From Terriglobia bacterium (GTDB taxonomy: Bacteria; Acidobacteriota; Terriglobia; 20CM-2-55-15), in the NCBI GenBank assembly GCA_965198225.1, contig CBDAOY010000007.1, positions 96,001 through 160,000 of the forward strand: a stretch of 64,000 nt of DNA, given 5' to 3'. The notes below the pieces were generated by a model. That model made no database searches and was not told the origin of the DNA. It saw only the letters and a program-made list of their open reading frames with translations. Positions within the stretch are counted from its first letter, which is position 1. Every line of letters begins with the position of its first letter. Both the position numbers and the translations under genes were made by a program. Positions 35,895-44,145 of the stretch are shown piece after piece.

Positions 35895-37589
35895 TCAGGG
35901 CTCGCGCACCTTCAGGAGCGTGTTGATCTCGACATTATCCAGCCTGCTGGTGCGGCCCGAGGGCCAGAGGATCTCGACCTCTTCGACGCGTTGGGCGTCC
36001 CCGAGTCCGAAATGGAGCCGGAGGTCGTTCTGAGAGACGTAGGCGCCACCGGAACGCACCTGGCTGACGAGCGTCCCGTCTTCGGTCGTGACGCTCACGC
36101 GTGCCCCGATCGCTGACCGGTTGCTTGCCCTGCCTTCCAGCTCCAGAATGATCCAGTTGCCTGCCGTTTCGGATCGGTTCGACAGGAGTATCGCCCGTCC
36201 GTCGATCTGGCTGACGAGCACATCCAGGTCGCCGTCGTTGTCGATGTCGCCTGCGACAACCGCTCTCGCGCTGAGGAGGCCGACGCCTGGAAAGGCCGCC
36301 GGCCCGACTTCCCCGAAGCGGCCTCCGACGTTTCGGAATAGTTGCAGCGGCTGCCGGTAGGCCGTTCCGATCGGGTGCTCGTCTATCTGAGGATAGATGT
36401 GACCGTTGGCGACGAGGACATCCCGCAGGCCGTCGTTGTCGAAGTCTTCAGCCAAAAGGCCCCAGCCAAGCATCGCGATAGAGGGCCGGGCTAATCCCGC
36501 ACGCGAAGACTGATCGCTGAACAGCATGTTTCCTTCGTTCCGGTAGAGGGTGTTGTAGTCGTCCGAGAAATGCGTGACGATCAGGTCCGACCGACCGTCG
36601 TTGTCGTAATCGGCGACGGCCACACCCATACCGGCCTGCGAGCGGCCGTCCTCGCTGTAAGCCACGCCGGCTTGAAGCCCAATGTCCCTGAAACGGCCGT
36701 CGCCCAGGTTGTGGAACAGGTTGTTCGGTGCTGAGTCGTTGGCGAGGAAGAGATCCGGCCAGCCGTCGTCGTCGAAGTCCTCGAAGACCGCAGTGAACGT
36801 GTAGAGAACCTCGGCGTCTTCCAGACCCGCTTCCGCTGTCACGTCGCTGAACGTACCGTCCTGGTTGTTCCGGTACAGGACGTTGCGGGCTCCCGGAATT
36901 CCGGCCGGTCCGCAGAAGACCGGGATGCCCTTGTACCCGCACGCTTCATCGCTTCGGGATGATGTCGCCAGATCGAACTCCAGGTAGTTGGCCACGTACA
37001 GGTCCAGCCAGCCATCTCGATCGTAGTCGCTGAAAGCAGCGCCCGTGCCGTAGCCCGTATCGCCGACCCCGGCTGCTGCTGTTACATCCGAGAATGTTCC
37101 GTCGGTGTTATTGCGGTATAGGACATTCGATCCGTAGTTGGTGATGTAAATGTCGGTCCACCCGTCATTGTCGTAATCGGCCGCGGCCACTCCAATTCCC
37201 CAACCCCGGTCGCCGACGTCCCCCGCTCCGGTGACGTCGGTGAACCTTCCGTCACCATTGTTGCGGTAGAGGGCGTTGCTTGGAGCGTCGCCGTTTCCCG
37301 ACGAGGCCAGGTGTTCCCGCGTCGAGCCGTTGACCAGGTAAATGTCGATGAAGCCGTCCCGATCGTAGTCCAGGAATGCGGCGCCGCTGCCGTTGACGTC
37401 GGTGATGTGTCGCTTTTCGGGAGCACCGAACGTGTTCGTGAACCGGATGCCCGACTCGGACGTGATGTCTTCGAAGACTATTGCCGGTGGATCTTGCGCG
37501 GCCACCCCGAACGTCGCCGCCAGTAGGAGGACTATGACCCGGCCGCATCGGTGTCCCATCGGTTTCCGGATCGCGTCGAGTGATTTCAT
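35895..37589 (-). CDS. CRTAC1-family protein (FG-GAP/VCBS repeats + ASPIC/UnbV)
   Basis: Multiple DYD.DG..D Ca-binding repeats; C-terminal SNRSAIGARV...SQNDLRLHFGLG. Confidence 0.9.
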   Translation of the reverse strand: MKSLDAIRKPMGHRCGRVIVLLLAATFGVAAQDPPAIVFEDITSESGIRFTNTFGAPEKRHITDVNGSGAAFLDYDRDGFIDIYLVNGSTREHLASSGNGDAPSNALYRNNGDGRFTDVTGAGDVGDRGWGIGVAAADYDNDGWTDIYITNYGSNVLYRNNTDGTFSDVTAAAGVGDTGYGTGAAFSDYDRDGWLDLYVANYLEFDLATSSRSDEACGYKGIPVFCGPAGIPGARNVLYRNNQDGTFSDVTAEAGLEDAEVLYTFTAVFEDFDDDGWPDLFLANDSAPNNLFHNLGDGRFRDIGLQAGVAYSEDGRSQAGMGVAVADYDNDGRSDLIVTHFSDDYNTLYRNEGNMLFSDQSSRAGLARPSIAMLGWGLLAEDFDNDGLRDVLVANGHIYPQIDEHPIGTAYRQPLQLFRNVGGRFGEVGPAAFPGVGLLSARAVVAGDIDNDGDLDVLVSQIDGRAILLSNRSETAGNWIILELEGRASNRSAIGARVSVTTEDGTLVSQVRSGGAYVSQNDLRLHFGLGDAQRVEEVEILWPSGRTSRLDNVEINTLLKVREP

Positions 37590-38836
37590 CGGGGTCGCGG
37601 CCGGCTCATGGCACGGCCTTCCGCCTCGCGGATCTGTCGATCCAGCTGCCGGAATCGTTCCAGGGCGGCCTCGGCCTCGGTGGTGTTGCCGACCTGCCGG
37701 TAGGCCCGCGCGAGCAGGTACAGGGCTCGATGTCTTTGGGAATCATCGTCGGGGAGGTCCGCGAGGATGTCGGGAAGGTCCCCGAGGATCTCGATCACTT
37801 CCTCGTGTCGATCCAACCGGCCCAGCGCCACGGCCTTTTCGATCCGCGTCGCAGGGTTGTCGGGATCGAGCGCCAGGGAGCGGTCGAACCACTCGAGAGC
37901 TTCGTCGTCGTCACCTGTCTCGAGGGTTAGACTGCCGATTGCGGTCAACGCTTCACTCGACCTGGCGTCCAACCTCAAGGCCGTTTCCAACCCCTCGAAG
38001 GCCTCATCATACTTACCGATGCCGCGGGCGGCGTACCCCAGCCACAGGTGTCCTTCCGCGTTGTCCGGAGCCGCGGCGACCATCGCCGAAAAGGTGTCGT
38101 GTGCCTCCACGGGTCGATCCAGCCCGAACCATGCCTGTCCCAGTCGGAAGAGCATCCGAGGGGACCGATCGCGAGCCGGTACGGATGAGAGCAATTCAGC
38201 GCTCGGCGCAAACGCTCCCTTTTCGTTGAGTAGTGTCGCGAGTTCCAAGAAACCGGAGAACCCGGGCGGCGGCGACCTTCGAAAGCGTTCCAGGTAGGGC
38301 CGCGCCCGATCGTATTCCTCCAGTTCGATCCACGCCCGAGCCAGCGAGTATGAAATCAAGAACTGCTGGCCGAGGCCGGCCTCCGCGCGTTCGAGCCGAT
38401 CGATCGCTTCGCGGAACTGCCGCTGCTGAATCGAGACCATGCCTGCGTTCAACGATGCCCGCGCGTTATCCGGGTCGATCTCCAGCGCGCGATTCAAAGC
38501 TCCCAGGGCACCGTCCAGGTCACCCGAGCGCCGGAGCAGATCCCCGAGATTGTTCCACGCATCCCCGAAACCGGGCTGTACCGAAACGGCCTGGCGGTAG
38601 GCGGCGATTGCCCCGGAAGTTCGTTCGAGCCGCGCACGGCTGATACCCAGCAGATACCAGGCTTCGGCGTTGTCGGGATCCGTGCCGACCAACCGCTCTG
38701 CCGCCTGTTCCGCTGCCGCCAGGTTGCCGCCGCCGATGAGCCGTCGAACTTCGTCGAGCGACTGTCCCGCGGCCTGCACGGAGGGTGCGGTACACACGAC
38801 CAGGGTCAACAGGAATCGAATCGAGAAGCGGGCCAT
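37586..38836 (-). CDS. Exported TPR protein
   Basis: Signal peptide; many TPRs (PDNAEAWYLLG etc.); 4-nt overlap with the next gene. Confidence 0.85.
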   Translation of the reverse strand: MARFSIRFLLTLVVCTAPSVQAAGQSLDEVRRLIGGGNLAAAEQAAERLVGTDPDNAEAWYLLGISRARLERTSGAIAAYRQAVSVQPGFGDAWNNLGDLLRRSGDLDGALGALNRALEIDPDNARASLNAGMVSIQQRQFREAIDRLERAEAGLGQQFLISYSLARAWIELEEYDRARPYLERFRRSPPPGFSGFLELATLLNEKGAFAPSAELLSSVPARDRSPRMLFRLGQAWFGLDRPVEAHDTFSAMVAAAPDNAEGHLWLGYAARGIGKYDEAFEGLETALRLDARSSEALTAIGSLTLETGDDDEALEWFDRSLALDPDNPATRIEKAVALGRLDRHEEVIEILGDLPDILADLPDDDSQRHRALYLLARAYRQVGNTTEAEAALERFRQLDRQIREAEGRAMSRPRPR

Positions 38837-38948
38837 CCGAACGCTTTCCCCCGGTCTCCCTCGAATCCGGACGGCATGGTCGCGGCATTCAGGGAGGACT
38901 TCGAAATACTATATCGCAAGGTGTTGCGGAGAGTTTCGGTGTGTCGGT

Positions 38949-41900
38949 TCACCGCTTCGGACTTTGATGTTCGAAACGATAAGCGGGCACGCCCCGGCCC
39001 GAGACGAGGCGCGTATTCCATTCGAGCCGATAGCCGACGTCCGCGTCCGTCATCGCCTCGTTTCCCCCGGAGGTATACGGATACGGGCTGTCGCTGTGAC
39101 GCGGGTGCGGGGTGACAGTTTGGGCGAAAGCCTCGTAGGAATCCATGTCCTTCTCGAAGCCGTCGGCGTAGAAGAAGTAGTCCCTCTTCCAGCCCGGTCC
39201 CGGTTCTTCCAGCTGGCTAGGGTCGAAATCCAGGGCGAGTTCTTCTCCCGAACCGAATATCACGAAATGGTCCTCAGCATCCTCCAGGAGTGGCCGAACG
39301 TTACCGAACGCCGTGTATGCGCCCCGGTGCTTCGCAAAAGGCCCCGTCGGGCTGAGGTCATCGTAGACGAAGGCTATGTCGCTCCGAGGACTGCCGGCTT
39401 GCGAACGGGGGTATCCGCGCCATGCAAGCGTTGCCGCCGACAGCGGGATCTCCCTCATTCGCACGGGGACTTCGTCGGAAGTCGTATCGATCATGATCCG
39501 GTCCCAGTAGATCTCCAGGTTTGTCGTGATTCTGATGCGCCGGAATCCGTCGGGCAGCAGGCCGGTCAGATCGCGGGTCATCGTGCGTGCAAGCCCGGCA
39601 GGGAATCCCATGTCGTCCAGCACGCGGACCCACCGGCCCGATGTGTCCAGAGCCTCCACGTACGGCGCTATCGGTTCGATTCCGGACTGGAGCGCCGCGA
39701 ACACGGCCGTCGGTGTGAAGTAGTCGATGAAACCTCGCATCAGAAGCCGAACCGGCTTCGTGCCCTCGATCGGGCCAAGGTCCAATTCCAGACTGTGGGT
39801 TTCCGCGAGTCCGTGGAAGGGGAGGGATTCGAATCCCGTTACGTAAAGCCGATCCTGCTCGAGCAGGCTGGGGAGCACATCAACGCCGTCTTCGTCCCAG
39901 GCCCCAAGCGGCGGGTGGGCGTCCCGACTCGCGATGATCTCGAACGACGGGAATGGCGGTCCCGATGCGAAATACTCGTTCGGGTAGACCTCCGCGTCGG
40001 CGGGATGATCGAGCGCAAACAGGCGGACCTGGTCCAGATAGACGAGTTCCTCCATCGGTTCCGATAGTCGAAAGCTGAGCCGCCCGTCGCGCGCGCGCAC
40101 GCTGTCGCCGTCGACGCGGATGTATTCGGTCGGGTCGGAAACGTTGCGTTGGCCCGGAGCGACCCAGTGTCCCGCTATCCCTGCTCCGATCGCGTCGGTG
40201 ATGAATTCGTATCGGTCGCCGTTCCATGCGAACAGGACCGGGCAGGAGCTGCCACGCCGGTCGATCTCGGTGACCAGGTGGGTCTGACGGGCTTCCGGCT
40301 GCGTTTCGTCCTGGAGGACCCCGGTCGGCCACAGCAGGCGCACCGTGTCGACTTCGGTGTTCGGTCCCAATCCGGCGATGACGGACGTGGAGCCCTGTCC
40401 GAGGTACCCGGATCCGCTCTGGACTTCCCACTTCTGTCGATGTATTCCCGCGAATATCTCGACCTTGGTGCCGATGGCGCTCTTGCTGTCGTTCAAACCC
40501 TCGAGGTCGATCCGTATCCACGCGTTGGCGTTTCCCCCGTCATTGCGGAGCAGGTGAACTGAGCCGCCGTTTTCGGTCAGGAGCAAGTCGGTATCGCCGT
40601 CCTCGTCGTAGTCGGCCGACACCAGGGCTCGCGGACGCTCGACGTCGAGCCGGTCCAGACCGACCGTCTGTGTCATGTCTTCGAAGCGATTGTTGCCGAG
40701 GTTGCGTAGCAGGCGCGCCTCCGCTCCGTCGGGTCCTTCACCGGCCCCGGCCAGGTCGATCCAGCCGTCGTTGTCGTAGTCGAGAGCGGCAAGTCCCCAG
40801 CCCTTGTCCCATCCGAACTCCGGCAGAGCGACCCGCTCGAACGTCCTGCCTTCGACGTTACGCCAGACGGTGATACCGGGCGAGGCCCAGTGTCCGAAAG
40901 CAACGTCCATCCATCCGTCCTTGTTGAAGTCGGCGACAGCGACTCCGGCAGTCGGCGCAACCTCCCCCCAGGGTTCGCGCATCTCGAACGCGCCTTCGCG
41001 TGGGTTGACGAACAGTGTGGGAGCCCTTTGCCAGCCGCTCACCACGAAGTCGATCGCGCGGTCGTTGTTGATGTCGGTCGCGACGGCGCCGACGCCGGGT
41101 GCAGCCCCCCCAAGTCCGGACTCGGAGGTCTGTTCGGTGAATGTCCCGTCCCCGTCGTTCCGCCAGAGCATGTTGGACGGTGCGGGCCCCTCAAACGGGA
41201 ACTCGAAGGAGGCGCCTTCAGCGGGACGAGGGAAGTTCACGAAGCGAGCCACGTAAAGATCCAGATCTCCGTCGTGATCATAGTCAACGAAGGAGAGCCC
41301 GGCGGACATCCCGTCGGCGGCAATGCCGGAACCCCCTGTCCGGTCCTCGAACCGGCCGTCGCCGGTGTTACGGAACAGTGTGACCCGCTCTCCGATGGCT
41401 GTTGCCAGGTCGGTGTGACCGTCATTGTCGTAATCGCCCGCGACGCAGCCCAGACCCAGCCCGGACACACCGACCCCTGCCGCGGCCGTCGCGTCCTCGA
41501 AACTTCCTCCTCCGCGGTTGCGGTACAGGGCGCTCGACGCGCCGGCCGCACCGTTGGGCAGGAACAGGTCGATGCTGTTGTCACCGTCGTAGTCGAGGAA
41601 ACACGCTCCCGGTCCCAGCAGTGTCGCCACGCCCCGATCCGCTTCGGCCGACTCGGACGTATGCGTGAAATCCAAACCCGCTTCGGACGCGACCGAGGCG
41701 AACTGTACCGGGATGGTGTCGGCAGGGGCTTCTGAAACCGCTCCGACCTCCTGCGCAAGCGAGTATCGTCCCTGGTCCCCGTAGGCAAGCCCCATCGGTA
41801 CTCCGATGTTCTCCCGGGTCAGGAGCTGGAAACGCTCCAGGTGTTGCCGCGCGAGATCGCTCTCCCCCTGACGCTGGTAGGCCCGCGCCAGTCCGAACTC

Positions 41901-42434
41901 CGCCGACGCATGGTAGGGCACCCGGTCGATCGCACGCTGGTAGGCTGCGACAGCTTCGGGGAACCGCTCGAGCTGGTCATACATCAGACCGCGCAGGTAG
42001 TGAGTGTCCGCATCATCGGGGTCGAGAGCCAGGGCCCGATCGAACGCCTCGATCGCCGGTTCCGGTTCTCCCAGGTAGCGGTAGGTCAGACCCAGGTTGT
42101 ACCAGGCCCTTGCGTCGGCCGGCGATTCTTCGACCATCCCGAGCAGAAGGTCTCTCGCAGGTTCGAACCGTTGCAGGTTGTAGAGCGCGATGGCCTGGTT
42201 CAGACGAGCCGCCGTAAGGGACGGGTCCAGCGCCTCGGCCTGTTCGAACATTTCGAGCGCATCTTCGACCCGCTGCTGAGAGAGGTACGCGATTCCCAGG
42301 TTGTTCAGACGGATGGCTCCGGTTTCTGCGTCCTCCTCATTCTGCGGTGCAGCGAGCGAAAGGCTGAGCGTCAACGCCAGAGCAAGCGCCATGCCGAGCG
42401 TCGAGAATCGAATTGTCACGCTTTTCTCCTCCAC
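38949..42434 (-). CDS. TPR + FG-GAP repeats + ASPIC/UnbV + C-terminal extension protein
   Basis: N-terminal TPRs; DYDNDG repeats; SAIGTKVE...GLG; then GSSCPVLFAWNG...EPMEELVYLD domain. Confidence 0.85.
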   Translation of the reverse strand: MEEKSVTIRFSTLGMALALALTLSLSLAAPQNEEDAETGAIRLNNLGIAYLSQQRVEDALEMFEQAEALDPSLTAARLNQAIALYNLQRFEPARDLLLGMVEESPADARAWYNLGLTYRYLGEPEPAIEAFDRALALDPDDADTHYLRGLMYDQLERFPEAVAAYQRAIDRVPYHASAEFGLARAYQRQGESDLARQHLERFQLLTRENIGVPMGLAYGDQGRYSLAQEVGAVSEAPADTIPVQFASVASEAGLDFTHTSESAEADRGVATLLGPGACFLDYDGDNSIDLFLPNGAAGASSALYRNRGGGSFEDATAAAGVGVSGLGLGCVAGDYDNDGHTDLATAIGERVTLFRNTGDGRFEDRTGGSGIAADGMSAGLSFVDYDHDGDLDLYVARFVNFPRPAEGASFEFPFEGPAPSNMLWRNDGDGTFTEQTSESGLGGAAPGVGAVATDINNDRAIDFVVSGWQRAPTLFVNPREGAFEMREPWGEVAPTAGVAVADFNKDGWMDVAFGHWASPGITVWRNVEGRTFERVALPEFGWDKGWGLAALDYDNDGWIDLAGAGEGPDGAEARLLRNLGNNRFEDMTQTVGLDRLDVERPRALVSADYDEDGDTDLLLTENGGSVHLLRNDGGNANAWIRIDLEGLNDSKSAIGTKVEIFAGIHRQKWEVQSGSGYLGQGSTSVIAGLGPNTEVDTVRLLWPTGVLQDETQPEARQTHLVTEIDRRGSSCPVLFAWNGDRYEFITDAIGAGIAGHWVAPGQRNVSDPTEYIRVDGDSVRARDGRLSFRLSEPMEELVYLDQVRLFALDHPADAEVYPNEYFASGPPFPSFEIIASRDAHPPLGAWDEDGVDVLPSLLEQDRLYVTGFESLPFHGLAETHSLELDLGPIEGTKPVRLLMRGFIDYFTPTAVFAALQSGIEPIAPYVEALDTSGRWVRVLDDMGFPAGLARTMTRDLTGLLPDGFRRIRITTNLEIYWDRIMIDTTSDEVPVRMREIPLSAATLAWRGYPRSQAGSPRSDIAFVYDDLSPTGPFAKHRGAYTAFGNVRPLLEDAEDHFVIFGSGEELALDFDPSQLEEPGPGWKRDYFFYADGFEKDMDSYEAFAQTVTPHPRHSDSPYPYTSGGNEAMTDADVGYRLEWNTRLVSGRGVPAYRFEHQSPKR

Positions 42435-42459
42435 GCCAGGCCCGTGGTGCCCGGCGTCG

Positions 42460-44145
42460 TCATTGATTCCCTTCGTAGGCTTCGGTGGCTACGATTCCTG
42501 CTCCCTCGCGTACGGTAATCGTCCGACCCGCCCGGACTCCCCCGAGTTCCTCGGAGCGGCCGCTCGGCCATCGAATCTGGATCCGGTCCACGCGCGTTCG
42601 AGCGCCGAGGCCGAACGTCAGCACGAGCTCGCTCGACGAGAGGTAGCTCGATCCGCTGCGCACCATCTGCCACTGCGTTTCGGTCCCGGTGCGGACTTCG
42701 ACGACTGAACCAATGCCGGCCCGGTTGGAACGCGCACCTTCGAGCCGAACGCGAATGCTGTTGTTCTGGTTCTGCTCGTTGCGGATCAGGGCCGCCGGGC
42801 CGCCGTTCGTCATGAGGAGCAAATCGAGATCCCCGTCGTTGTCGATGTCGGCGTGAGCAGCGCCCCGTCCGACGCGTGGGGCCGCCAGGTCATCGCCGAG
42901 CGTTGCCGTCACCTCACGAAACCCGTTTCCGGCGAGGTTGCGGAAGACATGGGGCGGTTGGGCATGCTTGATGCGCGTCTGGATTCTTTCGAACGCTTCC
43001 TCGATATGACCGTTCGCGACGAATATGTCGAGCCACCCGTCCAGGTCGTAGTCGAAGAAAAAACACGCAAACGCCAGCGTGAGCAGACTCCGCCGACCCA
43101 CGTCGGAGCGGGGGGCCTCGTCAACATAGAGCCCGTTACCCTCGTTGTGATAGAGACCCAGCATTTCGTTCGAGAAATTGCCGATGACGACACTCGGGTA
43201 GCCGGAGCGGTCATAATCGGCCGCGTCGATTCCCATGCCCGCCCGTGCGAGTCCGTCCTCGCTGAAGGCGATGCCTGCGAGCATTCCTCTTTCGGTGAAC
43301 GACCCCTCCCGTGTGTTGACCCACAGCCGGTTCGGCTCCGTGTCGTTGACGATGACCAGGTCGGGCCAATCGTCCCGGTTGTGGTCGAGGACGGCGATGC
43401 CGAGCGCCTTCGACGAAGGGTCGAGCAGGCCGGCTTTTTCGGTGGCGTCCTCGAAGGTGCCGTCTCCCTGGTTGCGCCACAGCCGGGGCGGCACGCCGTC
43501 GTAGGACTCGGGGGTGCAGTAGGACTTGGCGTTACCGTCGATCGTGCAGAAGATGTCGTTCTCGATGGACCACTCCACGTAGTTGGCCACCAGCAGGTCC
43601 AGGAAACCGTCGCGGTCATAGTCCAGCCATGCGGCCCCCGTGCTGAAATCGTTCGCATTCCCCAGATCGGCTGTATGGGTAGTGTCAGTGAAGGTCCCGT
43701 CGCCTTCGTTGCGGAACAATCGGTTCGGCCCGACCGCGGTCACGAACAAGTCCATGTTGCCGTCGTTGTCGTAATCCCCGACAGCCGTCCCCATGCCGTA
43801 GATCGCGACATCGAGGCCGCTCGATGATGTGACGTCGGTGAAGGTCCCGTCACCCTCGTTGCGGTAGAGGCGTGGCGTGGAGGGCGGGCCCGGACGTTCG
43901 GGCCAGTTCAGGCCGTTCACCAGGAAAATGTCGGGCCACCCGTCGTTGTCGTAATCGATAAACGCGCAGCCGGGTCCCATCGTTTCCGGCAGGTAACGGG
44001 CCCCGAACGCGCCGCTGTTGTGGGTGAACCGGATTCCTGCTTTCACGGTGACGTCGGAGAACGCAGGAGGCGGTCCCTGCGGCTCGAGCGTCGGAGCGGG
44101 AACCAGCGTCCAGACAGCGACTGCGGAGAGCGTGAGGAGCCTCAA
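42460..44145 (-). CDS. CRTAC1-family protein (FG-GAP + ASPIC/UnbV)
   Basis: YLPETMGPGCAFIDYDNDG; SNRAGIG...GSSYLS...FGLG. Confidence 0.9.
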   Translation of the reverse strand: MRLLTLSAVAVWTLVPAPTLEPQGPPPAFSDVTVKAGIRFTHNSGAFGARYLPETMGPGCAFIDYDNDGWPDIFLVNGLNWPERPGPPSTPRLYRNEGDGTFTDVTSSSGLDVAIYGMGTAVGDYDNDGNMDLFVTAVGPNRLFRNEGDGTFTDTTHTADLGNANDFSTGAAWLDYDRDGFLDLLVANYVEWSIENDIFCTIDGNAKSYCTPESYDGVPPRLWRNQGDGTFEDATEKAGLLDPSSKALGIAVLDHNRDDWPDLVIVNDTEPNRLWVNTREGSFTERGMLAGIAFSEDGLARAGMGIDAADYDRSGYPSVVIGNFSNEMLGLYHNEGNGLYVDEAPRSDVGRRSLLTLAFACFFFDYDLDGWLDIFVANGHIEEAFERIQTRIKHAQPPHVFRNLAGNGFREVTATLGDDLAAPRVGRGAAHADIDNDGDLDLLLMTNGGPAALIRNEQNQNNSIRVRLEGARSNRAGIGSVVEVRTGTETQWQMVRSGSSYLSSSELVLTFGLGARTRVDRIQIRWPSGRSEELGGVRAGRTITVREGAGIVATEAYEGNQ